Below, in pieces: positions 50,324-60,965 of a stretch of 64,000 nt of DNA (position 1 is the first letter of the stretch; every line of letters starts with the position of its first letter). The stretch lies in assembly GCA_965216875.1 (NCBI GenBank), contig OZ244207.1:5120001-5184000 (forward strand), given 5' to 3'. The notes below the pieces were generated by a model that saw only the letters and a list, made by a program, of their open reading frames with translations, was not told the DNA's origin and did no database searches. Position numbers and translations under genes: made by a program. Source of the stretch: Rubripirellula sp. Lineage in GTDB: Bacteria > Planctomycetota > Planctomycetia > Pirellulales > Pirellulaceae.

Positions 50324-52948
50324 TCATTCTGGCAATGCGTCAGTTGGTGGTCGAGTCGATCGAATCTTGATCGTGCCACGGACAGAGCCAACTTCCGGGG
50401 GCGTACCGACGACCGCAACGGGCTGGCCACTTTCGACGTTAACCACATTCAAGAAGACCGTCGTCGCCTTGCCGAGCTCAAATCGCCAACGAAGTTCGTG
50501 CGTGCCCGCGGGGACCGTGGTCGCGGCCGAGCGTCCGGTTGGATCAAAAACAACGGGATCGTCATCCAACCAAATGGTTTGCTTGATGTCGCCAATCGCC
50601 GAGTGAAGCTGCAAGCTCACATCCGATTCGAATTCCACCTTGCCCCACAGTTCAACGGTCACCTGTTCCAACTGCTGATTCAACGCGCCATTGATGCGGG
50701 CAAGCAGATCGGGGTTGATCACGGCCCCCATCCCATATTCCACAGCAATCCATTGCGAGTTCGGTTCGATTGCAATGGCACCCGACATCTCGCTCGTTTT
50801 TGCGGAGGCTGCATCCGATGGGATGTTTGCGTCGGGCCCCTCTTGATCGCTTGCATCGACCTTCGATGCGTCCGCATCCGTTTCATTGACACCAACAAGG
50901 TACGTTGGTAGCGCAGCCTCGATTTCGTCAATCGTCTTTTCAAGTTCAAGTTGCCGAACGTCGGTCACATCATCCAGCGACGCCTGGATCATTGTCAGTG
51001 CATGCAGCTTGATCGATTGACCGGCGCGACCGGCATGGCGGTCCGCCAAACTCAACCAGGCATTCGCCAGAGCGATTCGTTTACCTGCCGGTGCATCATC
51101 GGCGAGTTCAAGTTCACGTTTGGCCAGATTTGCAAGTCGCACGTTGGGCGCGACAGCCAACCACTTCAAGCCAACGTCCCATTTCCTAAGGAACAAACAG
51201 TAATAGCGTCCGGCAACACTTGCATTCCGCACAGCAGACAAGTCGGTCGCATCCAAGTCTGCCTCGGCGACCGTTTTTGACATCCGGCGCATTTGCCGAA
51301 CCGATTCGTCAAACAGATCAAGCTGGCGTTGTGCGTCGTCATCGCGAAGCTTCTCTGCCAATTCGCGACAGTGCTTCGTCGCGTTCTTACAATCGACAAA
51401 CGCCTCTTCAACCAGCATCGCATCACACAGGGCCATGCCCTTTTCCAGCAGGCGTGCTCGGGTTTGTTCGTCGACAGCAGATTCGGTGGCCGCATCAAAG
51501 CTCGATACCAACACGGCATCTTCATCGGTTTCGTAGAGATGCGTCCAATCGGCCCTTCGGTCGAGCGTTTCCATGGACTCCAGTGTCCATGCGGTTTCCA
51601 ACGCCATCATGGACACGACCCAGTACGGCTGACTGCCAGGTTTGAGCTTGGATGCGACCGACTTGAGGAGCGTCAAACGCGACACCGCATTTCGAAGCGA
51701 AAGCGGTTCGCTCAACGACGGATGTTCCGCGAACAGCTGTTGCTCCAGACGGTCAATGCTCGCCATCGTCGGTGGCGCAGCACGATTCGGCGTTGCGATG
51801 GGTGTCGTCTCTTCCTGATTCTCGGCGGTCCGAGTCTCTTCCAAAGCCTGCTCGAATGGGTCGGGCAAGAAACCGTTGTCGGAAGGATCGACCTTCGCCA
51901 TCGCGTCTTCAGCCGCGCCCATCTGCTCGGCAGCATCCGTTCGCGCGACTTCCTCCTCTTGCTCGATCGCAGGTGGCGTTTGCTCGATCGCAGGTGGCGA
52001 CACTGATTCCGTCAACTCTTCCTTTGCGACCATTGGCGTCGTAGGCAGTTCGACGTCAACCTTTGCATCAAGATCAACCGGTTCCACCGTGGCCTCGGCT
52101 TCGGAATCGCGGAATGTTTCCAGCGGAATGGATTCGGTGCGGGGCAGGGCAGGGGAGACTTCGGCCGAAGCAGGTGTCACCTTGGGCGGCTCGATCGAAA
52201 CCTCCTGAACCGGCTCGACCGGCTGAACTTCAGCGGTCTCCACCTCTTCGCCGAGTTTTAGCGGCGCAGGATCCGGGTCTGCATTCCAGGTCGCCAACGA
52301 GTACATCACCAACACGACCAATCCGACGAGCGACGCGATCAACCAGGGATGATGAATCTCACTGATGAAGTGTCGTGCTTGTCGAACCAGCGGACTGCTG
52401 TTTCGCAAATCTTCGTCGTCAAGACTCGTCGCCCATGAGGGCCCCGGTCCAATCGGCTCAGGATTCAGCTGCAGCATCTCGATCAGCTGCATATCACTCG
52501 CGTGCTTCGGATCGATCGTACTTTCAGGATCGCCGGCGCGCGACTTGTCGCCGTCGTGAAAGTTACTTGGACTCGCGTAGGCGATAGCATTGGGCAGGAT
52601 TCGACCCACATGAGCGCGGTGGTGCGAATCATGGCGCTGGCGTGGGTCAAGCAACCGATAAGCCGACGTGGCAACGCGCGAGAGCTGGAGTGCTACTTGT
52701 TCGTTCGGCTCTTCAAGCTGTCGCTCGGCCAACGTTTTCGCACTGCGCGTCGCCGCATTCCGAATCACCGTCAAACGGTATTCGTTGGGACGCACCCCGA
52801 GCCTTCGAAAATCTTCGTGGTCGAGGTTCATCGCGGTGGGCGATTGGGAGGGCATTGCGCCGGCGCGTTGGGTCGGTTGATTGTTGAAGGAAACCATGTC
52901 GTTTACTTGGACACGGCTCGGCTTCCCAGGTTCCCCCACCACAGGCAT
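50324..52948 (-). CDS. Large membrane-anchored hypothetical protein (start uncertain)
   Basis: 874-aa ORF with a single TM, an acidic Pro-rich linker, helical repeats and a beta-rich C-terminus. Confidence 0.8.
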   Translation of the reverse strand: MPVVGEPGKPSRVQVNDMVSFNNQPTQRAGAMPSQSPTAMNLDHEDFRRLGVRPNEYRLTVIRNAATRSAKTLAERQLEEPNEQVALQLSRVATSAYRLLDPRQRHDSHHRAHVGRILPNAIAYASPSNFHDGDKSRAGDPESTIDPKHASDMQLIEMLQLNPEPIGPGPSWATSLDDEDLRNSSPLVRQARHFISEIHHPWLIASLVGLVVLVMYSLATWNADPDPAPLKLGEEVETAEVQPVEPVQEVSIEPPKVTPASAEVSPALPRTESIPLETFRDSEAEATVEPVDLDAKVDVELPTTPMVAKEELTESVSPPAIEQTPPAIEQEEEVARTDAAEQMGAAEDAMAKVDPSDNGFLPDPFEQALEETRTAENQEETTPIATPNRAAPPTMASIDRLEQQLFAEHPSLSEPLSLRNAVSRLTLLKSVASKLKPGSQPYWVVSMMALETAWTLESMETLDRRADWTHLYETDEDAVLVSSFDAATESAVDEQTRARLLEKGMALCDAMLVEEAFVDCKNATKHCRELAEKLRDDDAQRQLDLFDESVRQMRRMSKTVAEADLDATDLSAVRNASVAGRYYCLFLRKWDVGLKWLAVAPNVRLANLAKRELELADDAPAGKRIALANAWLSLADRHAGRAGQSIKLHALTMIQASLDDVTDVRQLELEKTIDEIEAALPTYLVGVNETDADASKVDASDQEGPDANIPSDAASAKTSEMSGAIAIEPNSQWIAVEYGMGAVINPDLLARINGALNQQLEQVTVELWGKVEFESDVSLQLHSAIGDIKQTIWLDDDPVVFDPTGRSAATTVPAGTHELRWRFELGKATTVFLNVVNVESGQPVAVVGTPPEVGSVRGTIKIRSTRPPTDALPE

Positions 52949-53003
52949 TCACAGAATCAATCGCACAGGCCTTAAGCCTGCACGTCACAGATTACTCGTG
53001 ATT

Positions 53004-53897
53004 TCAAACGTCGCAAACCTGAAACGCTTGTTCCAAGGAAGCGACTGGATCGTCTGCGGTAGGAATGAATTCCTGAGCGACAAAGCCTTTGTATCCGGTC
53101 TCTATTATCGCACGCATCACTGCGGGATAGTTGATTTCTTGGTTATCGTCCAGCTCGCCCCGCCCCGGATTCCCGGCGGTGTGATAGTGCCCCACAATGT
53201 CGCTGTAACGGCGAATATTCCGGATCAGATCTCCGTTCATGATTTGCACGTGATAGACATCAAATAGCAACTGGAAACTTGGTGAACCGACTGCCTTGAC
53301 CAGGTCAGCACAGAGGTGCAAATCGTCACCCCAATAACCTGGATGTCCTTTCATTGGGTGCGAATCGTCCTCGCTATTGAGGTGCTCAAGGACCAATCCA
53401 ATCCCTTTCTCTTCGGCGTAGGGAATCACACGTTTCCAACATTCAACGCAATTGCGGAGAGACGCTTCTTCGCTAATGCCTTTGGTTTGCATCCCTGTAA
53501 AAGTGATCACGTTTGGGGCGCCATATTTGACAGCCAAATCGATGCCATCGCGCAGCTTCTTTTCGACCATGGCATGGTTATCGGGGTTGATCGGACCATC
53601 CTTGAACCCATGACTTCCAACCAGGGAGATCTTCAGTCCCATTTTCGTTACGGCGTCGTAGTGCTCTGATCCAATCCCTTCGATCGCTTCGAGACCGATT
53701 CGCTTGCAGTGCTTTGCAAGCGTGATCGCATCCATCGGACGAAAACACCAACCCATCACCGACTGACGAATGCGACCCTTGGGTTTTGCATCCTCACCTG
53801 CTGCGTCTGCCTGAGCGGCGGCTGCGGTGTGGGCACCCGCGGCCAAGGTGGTTCCTGCAATCACGGCGTTGGCTGCTAAAAAGTCTCGTCGTTTCAT
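53004..53897 (-). CDS. Tat-exported hydroxypyruvate isomerase family (AP endonuclease 2 TIM barrel)
   Basis: MKRRDFL Tat motif; LEHLN, LLFDVYHVQIM.GD, HYHTAGNPGRGE. Confidence 0.9.
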   Translation of the reverse strand: MKRRDFLAANAVIAGTTLAAGAHTAAAAQADAAGEDAKPKGRIRQSVMGWCFRPMDAITLAKHCKRIGLEAIEGIGSEHYDAVTKMGLKISLVGSHGFKDGPINPDNHAMVEKKLRDGIDLAVKYGAPNVITFTGMQTKGISEEASLRNCVECWKRVIPYAEEKGIGLVLEHLNSEDDSHPMKGHPGYWGDDLHLCADLVKAVGSPSFQLLFDVYHVQIMNGDLIRNIRRYSDIVGHYHTAGNPGRGELDDNQEINYPAVMRAIIETGYKGFVAQEFIPTADDPVASLEQAFQVCDV

Positions 53898-54228
53898 CTC
53901 TCGCATCTTTCTCAGGTCAGGTTCCTTTTCTGGGCCTGCGAAGTGATCGCAGAAGGCCGGAAACGGCACCGAAGTGGGCAAAACACCAGCCAAATATTGT
54001 AGACCCCAACCTAAGAAACATGTGGTTTATTCGTTCAAACCAATGGACCGGCGTTCGTGCCCAGGCAAATCGGCCACCGGGCGGAGTTTTTCTCCGAAGA
54101 AACCTGCTCCGGCGTGCCCGAACCGAAGATTTGCATGCCGGTGCGAACAAGCTGCAAAATGGCGTTTGTTGCGGTGAGAAAACTCGCGACGACGAACCAA
54201 CTTTTCATTTCGAATAGGGATCGACACT

Positions 54229-56667
54229 ATGTCTGGTTCACCAACCCCATTGGTATTGGCACCCTTCAAATTGGCATTGGCGTCATTCCTGCTCTTTACT
54301 GGGCTCTTTCCCGTGGCTGCCCAGGCGCAAGGCTTGCTGATCTCGGGTGAAGAAACCCATCGCCACCGGCTCCCGCGTCCCATGCCGCGGCCGACTCCCC
54401 GAGGTCCAGGATTCCTCTACGACATCGCCAAACTCGAAATTGACACCTCGATTCGTGGGCAAGTCGCCGAAGTACAGGTTGCACAAACCTTCAAAAACTG
54501 CTCCAGCAACACGTTGCAAGTGAAATTTGTCTTTCCACTTCCCTACGACGGTGCCATCGATCAGATGACCTTCATGGTCGACGGAGAAGAGCTTGAAGGA
54601 CGTTTGCTCGAAGCTGACAAAGCCCGCGACATCTATCAATCTTACGTTCGTCGAAGCCAAGACCCCGCGCTCGTTCAGTGGATCGGAACGGGCATGTTTC
54701 AGACGCAAGTCTTCCCCGTACCCGCGGGGGCCGAACGCACCGTTTCCCTTCGCTACACACAACTTTGCAGACGCACAGGTTCGCTGAACGATTGGTTGCT
54801 TCCCCTATCGCCAACTCAATTCACAACGCGCCCGATTGGACAGGTCGAAATTCGCGGACGCATCCGAAGTGAAACCAAAATCGGAAACGTCTATAGCCCG
54901 TCGCATGATGTCGAGATTGATCGCGACGGTGACAAAGTTGCCAAGTTCAAATACTCAGCAAGATCCAAAATCCCACAACGCGACTTCCGCATGCTCTGGG
55001 ATGCTGGGGAAAGCCCCGTGCAACTTTCGGTCGTCGCGCATCGCCCCGACCCCAAACAAGACGGCTATTTCATGTTGATGATTCAGCCACAGCTTCCAAA
55101 GCCATCAGCCGATTACGAAAAATCGGGTAAAAACGTCATCCTGGTGCTCGACAAGAGCGGCAGCATGCGTGGCGAGAAAATCGATCAAGCGCGACGCGCA
55201 GCTTCGTACGTTGTCGAACGCCTCAAGGGACGCGATCGATTCACGCTGATCAACTACGACAGCAACGTCGAAACCTTCCGAAGCGAGTTAACCTCGGCCG
55301 ACAAGGAGACGCGCAATGATGCCAAGGAATACATCGATTCCATGCTCGCTGGTGGCAGCACAAACATCGACGAAGCCCTAAAGGAAGCCCTCGCCGCAGC
55401 CTCTCATGCCGATGGCCCTTGCTACGTCGTCTTCATGACCGATGGTCGTCCAACGGTCGGCGAGCGCAACGCGATGCAGATCGCGGCAAACGCAAAGAAG
55501 CAACTTCAAGAAGGAACGCGACTGTTCAGTCTTGGTGTTGGCCCCGACGTCAATAGTCGCCTGCTCGACAAACTGGCAAGCATCTGCCTGGGACAAACCA
55601 CCTATGTCCGACCAGGCGAGCCTCTTGATGATGTCATCAGCGCGCTCTACGACCGTGTTGGCGCTCCGGCACTGACCGATGCAAAACTGAAGATCACCGT
55701 CGATGGCAAAGAAGGTCGTACGCGCAGCCTGTATCCCAACGAGATGTATGACCTCTTCTCGGGCGATCAACTTGTGATCGTAGGCCGATATCGAAAGCCA
55801 GGTGCTCTGAAGATCAAACTGTCGGGTGACTTTCTAGGCAAACGACAACAATACGTGTTCGAAGATGAATTGCCGGACGAAACGGGCAGTGGAAAAGACG
55901 TCTTTGTCGAGCGCCTTTGGGCAACGCGACGCATCGGCCAAATCATCGACGAAATCGACTTAGCTGGCGAAAACAAGGAACTCGTTGATGAATTGATCAT
56001 CTTGTCCAAGCGACACGGAATCTTGACCCCTTACACCGCCTACTTGGCCGAAGAACGCACCGACCTCAACGACATGTCGCGTGGACGCCGTGTGGCACAA
56101 AGCAACCTATCGCGACTGCAAGCCGAATCGGGCCGCGACGCTTTCTTTCAACGATCGCTCAAGAGCCGACTCCGCTCGACCAATCGCGCCGCGGAACTCT
56201 CGGACGGCATGATGATGGAAGAGGAAATGATGATGGCGATGGACGCACCGACCTCCCGTCCCGCCCTCGGTCGCGTCAGTGGCTCCGCTCGGACAGCTGC
56301 GCCAGCAGCCGGTTTTGGCGGCGGACGCATCGTTGGTGACTTTGCCGTCGCAGCCCCCGTCGATGGCGAAGGCAAACTCAAACGCGAAGTGGACCGATTG
56401 AGGCAACAACTCGTCAAACGAATCGGCGCCAAGACCTTCTTCCGCAAAGCGAATCGGTATGTCGACTCCGATGCCTCCAAGAAACAGATCGCGGAAGCGA
56501 AGAAGGTCGTGCAATTCAGCGACGAGTACTTTGACTTGCTGAAACAACTCGGCGATGAAGCCAAAGATTACTTGGCCGAAGAAACCGAGGTGCTCGTCGT
56601 GATCAAAGGGAAAGCCTATCTGATCACGCCACCAAGTCAGTCCGACAAGGAACCTGCCAAAGAGTAG
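54229..56667 (+). CDS. Secreted VIT + VWA domain protein
   Basis: Signal peptide, VAQTFKN..FVFPLP (VIT), LDKSGSM, GSTNI, FMTDGRPT, RLWATRRIG, ILTPYTAYL. Confidence 0.92.
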   Translation: MSGSPTPLVLAPFKLALASFLLFTGLFPVAAQAQGLLISGEETHRHRLPRPMPRPTPRGPGFLYDIAKLEIDTSIRGQVAEVQVAQTFKNCSSNTLQVKFVFPLPYDGAIDQMTFMVDGEELEGRLLEADKARDIYQSYVRRSQDPALVQWIGTGMFQTQVFPVPAGAERTVSLRYTQLCRRTGSLNDWLLPLSPTQFTTRPIGQVEIRGRIRSETKIGNVYSPSHDVEIDRDGDKVAKFKYSARSKIPQRDFRMLWDAGESPVQLSVVAHRPDPKQDGYFMLMIQPQLPKPSADYEKSGKNVILVLDKSGSMRGEKIDQARRAASYVVERLKGRDRFTLINYDSNVETFRSELTSADKETRNDAKEYIDSMLAGGSTNIDEALKEALAAASHADGPCYVVFMTDGRPTVGERNAMQIAANAKKQLQEGTRLFSLGVGPDVNSRLLDKLASICLGQTTYVRPGEPLDDVISALYDRVGAPALTDAKLKITVDGKEGRTRSLYPNEMYDLFSGDQLVIVGRYRKPGALKIKLSGDFLGKRQQYVFEDELPDETGSGKDVFVERLWATRRIGQIIDEIDLAGENKELVDELIILSKRHGILTPYTAYLAEERTDLNDMSRGRRVAQSNLSRLQAESGRDAFFQRSLKSRLRSTNRAAELSDGMMMEEEMMMAMDAPTSRPALGRVSGSARTAAPAAGFGGGRIVGDFAVAAPVDGEGKLKREVDRLRQQLVKRIGAKTFFRKANRYVDSDASKKQIAEAKKVVQFSDEYFDLLKQLGDEAKDYLAEETEVLVVIKGKAYLITPPSQSDKEPAKE

Positions 56668-56712
56668 CCTGGATCTCCCTGCACTCTGTCGAATTCACTG
56701 CCGTCCTGTGAC

Positions 56713-57630
56713 TCACTCAAACGCGACTCGCATGACGGCGGTTTCGGCTTCATACTGAGGTTGCCCCGCTTGGGCAGCCTCGGCATCGGCGATCGTTTCT
56801 TCTTGGTCGACAAAACGGCAAAGCGTCACCGTGATATTGTCACGACCACCGGCCTGTTTCGCCATCTCGACCAACGTTCGACAACTCTCTTCGGCCGAGC
56901 GACACGAACCCAGCACATCGGCGATCGCTTGCTCGGAAACATGTCCGGTCAATCCATCGGTGCACATCAACAACTGATCGCCCAGCTGTAGATTCGTCTT
57001 GCCGTACAGAGGCTCCATCTGGCTGCTACATCCAAGCGCACTGACCAAGACATGCGAGTAGCGATGGCTTTCCACCGCCGATGGCGGGATCATTCCGTTG
57101 TCCGCCAATGCTTGAGCCAACGTCTGGTCGTGGGAGAGAAGCTGCAATTGTTGGTCGCGGAACAAGTACGCTCGGCTGTCGCCAACATGGATCATGTAGG
57201 CGTACGGCCAAACCATCCAACCCAGCGTCAACGTGGTTCCCATCTTGGATTGCTCGGGAATCACCTGGGCAACACTTTGAATCTTCGATTGCGAAAACTC
57301 GAGCGCCGACTTGAGCCCGTCAAAGAATCGATGCTCGTGGCTCTTTGAACAATAGAGTGGCCAATGCAAGTTGGTCAGCAGGTACTGCACGATCCCCTCG
57401 ATCGCCATGCAGCTGGCCCGTTCACCGCCGGTATGGCCCCCCATTCCGTCAGCCACCATCATCAACTTGGCGCGCGGAGCACCGAGCCATTCACATTGGC
57501 CCTCGAATCCCAGGCTGGTGTGTTCGATCACGGCGGTCTTGCAAAGATCCGCGATCAAGAACTGGTCCTGATTCGATTCTCGAACGCACCCAATATCGGT
57601 CAGCCCAAAGCTGTCGACCGTCCCTCGCAT
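56713..57630 (-). CDS. PP2C-family Ser/Thr protein phosphatase
   Basis: TDIGCVRESNQD, VADGMGG, MGTTLT, HVGDSRAY, CTDGL, GGRDNIT. Confidence 0.95.
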   Translation of the reverse strand: MRGTVDSFGLTDIGCVRESNQDQFLIADLCKTAVIEHTSLGFEGQCEWLGAPRAKLMMVADGMGGHTGGERASCMAIEGIVQYLLTNLHWPLYCSKSHEHRFFDGLKSALEFSQSKIQSVAQVIPEQSKMGTTLTLGWMVWPYAYMIHVGDSRAYLFRDQQLQLLSHDQTLAQALADNGMIPPSAVESHRYSHVLVSALGCSSQMEPLYGKTNLQLGDQLLMCTDGLTGHVSEQAIADVLGSCRSAEESCRTLVEMAKQAGGRDNITVTLCRFVDQEETIADAEAAQAGQPQYEAETAVMRVAFE

Positions 57631-57782
57631 GACGCCCTCACAACGCAATTCTGTGCCGGAATGAATCCTGTTTGGATCAACAACCAAAACTAGAACAGGC
57701 AATTAAAGACATCAAGGTCCGATTTAACGCAAAGGGGCGGGCGCATTGACGCAGGGCCCACAATTATTTGAGCCGGGCTGCT

Positions 57783-58038
57783 CGTTGTACCGAGCTTTAG
57801 CCGGAATCTTCTCACGCAAGCCGCCAAAAGGCCGAGAAATTTTGTGAGCCGCTGGCCGTGAGGCCTCGGGCCCTTGCCTCGTGTGCGAGGCCCGGCCGTT
57901 AACGCGCGCTCCAACAATCACCCTCCCGCTTGCGGGAGGGTCGGACGCAAAGTCCGGGGAGGGAATGACCTCTAACTAACGCCCCCTCTCCGGGCCTTAG
58001 AGCCCGACTCTCCCAAGGGAGAGTGTTAAGACGCGCAG
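57783..58038. repeat. Composite REP cluster (half C + E + F)
   Basis: Matches the elements at 36863 and 33037 and, inverted, 554-680. Confidence 0.8.
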
Positions 58039-58077
58039 CTTCGAAGCCTAGTGGAAGCGAAATTGCAATCCGCAGCG

Positions 58078-60444
58078 CTAACGCAGCGTTTCTTCGATCC
58101 AGAAGGGACGCTTCCTCTCGGCGCGCCGACGTGCGTCTTCAAGCATCACGTCGATGCTGCCGTTGAAATCGATCGACCTTGGGCGACTGCCGTAGCGGAC
58201 CACGATTCGCTCGTACATGTCGATGCCTGGCTGCGGACGGAGGCATAGCTTGATGCGGTCGCTTGGACCACGAACACGAATCTGATTGCCATCGCCGATC
58301 GTTCCTGTAACAGGCGCGGCACGAATGCGTTTGTTTTCTTCATTCCACAGAACAGGATCAATCACCAAGTCGGGCTTCAAGTCCTCCAACTCAACCCACC
58401 AGAAAAACTGATCGCCGCTCCGCATGGTGGCAACTTCAAAATCACGTGGCGGGTCTTTCCGCTTGTGGGCGGCCAATCGCATCCAATCAAAGATACGAGG
58501 CATCTCGTCATAGAAGTACTCCCGACCACGTCCGCGGTACATCACGATCATCGCGTCATGCTTGAAGGTCATGTAGTCGTTGATCAGCGTGCCCGCGGGT
58601 TTATTCGCATCGCGATCTCCCATGACGATGTACATCGGGACAAACTCTGAGTTGTCCTTGTAGTGGGGAACCGTCCGTGTCACCGACGGCGAACCGCTAA
58701 GCGAGATCATGCCGGCCCAAATATCGGGGTGAGAAAGAGCGATGTCCCAAGCGGCCGTGCCGCCTTCACCATGACCTGCAATGAAGACACGGTCTGAATC
58801 AATCGCTGTCCGCCGCATCGCGTCGCGCAGACAGACCAGCACGCGTTGGTGTTCTTTAGGCGTGTACTCATAGCGACGTTGGTTTGGTCGTGTCCAAACG
58901 GGTGCAACGACGATGAAACCGTAACGCGAAGCATAGCCAACGCGTGATTGGAGCTTTTGACTGAATTGGTTGCCCGCCCACCAATCGATTTGCGACTGTG
59001 GCGAAGCGGTCGATTCATGCAACGCGAGGACGCAAGGATACTGACGCAGCGGGTCGTACTCGGGCGGCAACTGAACGACATACTTCTGCTCACCGACAGT
59101 CATCATGAACATTCCCGCAATCTCCTCGCTCTCGGCCGATTCGGGCAAGGGCAGGGGAGGGGGAAGGAGTGGCAGGATTCGGTCGACGTATTCCGCTTCG
59201 GCACCTTCAAGGTTTCGCAATTGATCAAGAATCGATTGCCGCCGCAGAGGATCCGATTCACCGAGATACTCGGCGACCAAGTCACGAACTTTGATCAGCG
59301 ACGTGACCACGGTCAGGTTCTGCTCGCCGGAACCGCTTCCCAGCAACCAACCGGCGATCGCAAGCGCGATGCGGTTGTCGATGGGCAAGTTGTCGACATT
59401 GGACTTGAGCGAATAGTCACTCAGACGAGGCAGAGTTGCCGACGACAAGCCTGCTTCCATTTCATCAACAATTCCTTGCAGCTGGCCGGCTCGGTTTTTG
59501 TCGAGCGTCGCGATTTGTGCTCGCAATCGCTTGATCATTTCGGCACCATCGTCACGCGACTTGTTCAACTCAGCGAGCGCGTCGTCCACTTTGATCCGCA
59601 TCACTCGGCTCACCGCACCACGCGGGAACTCATTCAACATGTTGCGAGCCAACTGCGGTTGCCCCACTTCGGCCCGCAACTGTGCTTCGGTCAATAGCTG
59701 TTCGGCTTGCTGTTCGGTGAGTGCTGCGAGTTGTGGCTTCAGATCTACCTCTTCGGGAAAGTCATCAATCACATCAGACAACAATTGCCACGCATCTTCG
59801 TACCGCTGAGCCGAAATGAAAAACCGCACCACTTGCAAACGGCCATCCATGTCGTTGCGTGCGACTTTGTGCTCAAAGATTCTCTTTAGAGTCAACGAGT
59901 CGATCGAGCTGGTCGCGACACGCATGTCCCACATCAGACTCGGCTTGCCTTTAAGTGCGCGAACACGTGCGTAGCGAGAATTCAGTTCAGTGATTCCCTG
60001 ATGCAACTGAAACGGACCATCTTTCGAACGAATCGTGACACTTCGTCGGCCGATCTTGTTGAATTGTGAAAGCTGCAGCACATCCCCCAAAGCCGAGACG
60101 GCTTTACCGCCAAGCGGAACGGGTTGCCACAATTCGATCGTCGATTCCAAATCAGCAACTTCGACCGGGTTGCCCACGCCCATCCCCTGGCCATGAACAA
60201 AAATGCGGCGCAAGCCGTCATCAATCACCCAGATGGGACGGACAGCAACATCGCCAGCTGCGGCTGCACCAAACCCATCCTTCAGCGTGGGGATCTCATT
60301 CTTGAGTCCGCGCACCACCAAGCCATTCTTGAAGCGGAACAGCTGCTCCGCCTGAAGCGTTGGACTTGCAGTGATCGCTACAAGGAAGACAAGGGAGAGT
60401 TTAAGCAGACGATTGGGCACCAACGAACGCAAAGATTGGCTCAT
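58078..60444 (-). CDS. Secreted helical-repeat + alpha/beta-hydrolase-fold protein
   Basis: Signal peptide; QLPPEYDP..YPCVLALH, IDSDRVFIAGHGEGG, HPDIWAG. Confidence 0.85.
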   Translation of the reverse strand: MSQSLRSLVPNRLLKLSLVFLVAITASPTLQAEQLFRFKNGLVVRGLKNEIPTLKDGFGAAAAGDVAVRPIWVIDDGLRRIFVHGQGMGVGNPVEVADLESTIELWQPVPLGGKAVSALGDVLQLSQFNKIGRRSVTIRSKDGPFQLHQGITELNSRYARVRALKGKPSLMWDMRVATSSIDSLTLKRIFEHKVARNDMDGRLQVVRFFISAQRYEDAWQLLSDVIDDFPEEVDLKPQLAALTEQQAEQLLTEAQLRAEVGQPQLARNMLNEFPRGAVSRVMRIKVDDALAELNKSRDDGAEMIKRLRAQIATLDKNRAGQLQGIVDEMEAGLSSATLPRLSDYSLKSNVDNLPIDNRIALAIAGWLLGSGSGEQNLTVVTSLIKVRDLVAEYLGESDPLRRQSILDQLRNLEGAEAEYVDRILPLLPPPLPLPESAESEEIAGMFMMTVGEQKYVVQLPPEYDPLRQYPCVLALHESTASPQSQIDWWAGNQFSQKLQSRVGYASRYGFIVVAPVWTRPNQRRYEYTPKEHQRVLVCLRDAMRRTAIDSDRVFIAGHGEGGTAAWDIALSHPDIWAGMISLSGSPSVTRTVPHYKDNSEFVPMYIVMGDRDANKPAGTLINDYMTFKHDAMIVMYRGRGREYFYDEMPRIFDWMRLAAHKRKDPPRDFEVATMRSGDQFFWWVELEDLKPDLVIDPVLWNEENKRIRAAPVTGTIGDGNQIRVRGPSDRIKLCLRPQPGIDMYERIVVRYGSRPRSIDFNGSIDVMLEDARRRAERKRPFWIEETLR

Positions 60445-60965
60445 GTGTGTTGGTCTCCGCCCCCAATGGTAAGAATCGTAACGGCCTGAAGAAGTGAACG
60501 TCCAAGCGGTGCCATTCCTTTTCGAACATTGCGAACGGCTGGCATCGTTTGGGCAACCCAATCGCCCCCTTCGGCAGCCCACCAATCAGCGGCCTCCGAT
60601 TGAGCGAGAAGCGACTCAATGTCACGATCGGTCGCGGCGTCCGCATTGGACGGCTGCTGGGCAACGATCGTCGTTTTCGATGGGTCGGTATCCGACTTTG
60701 CAAACTGCCAACCAACGGTGAACAGCAATGCCGCCGCAACGGTTGCATAAGCGATCCATTTCGACCGCCGATTCACGCTCGGCGCGGTCACTTTCGGTCG
60801 CGTGACTTTCGGCGTGACCACTGAATGGATACGTCGCCACGCAATCATCCGGTCACAACACTGCGCACATTCCGCCGCGTGCTCGCTAATCAATTGATCG
60901 GAATCAACGTCGACACGTTGGTCGATCAAGTCCTGAAGTCGGTCATGGAAGTCGGCACATTTCAT
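60441..60965 (-). CDS. Putative zinc-finger anti-sigma factor
   Basis: MKC..F...L...HAAECAQC and a single TM; ATGA overlaps with both neighbours. Confidence 0.82.
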   Translation of the reverse strand: MKCADFHDRLQDLIDQRVDVDSDQLISEHAAECAQCCDRMIAWRRIHSVVTPKVTRPKVTAPSVNRRSKWIAYATVAAALLFTVGWQFAKSDTDPSKTTIVAQQPSNADAATDRDIESLLAQSEAADWWAAEGGDWVAQTMPAVRNVRKGMAPLGRSLLQAVTILTIGGGDQHT

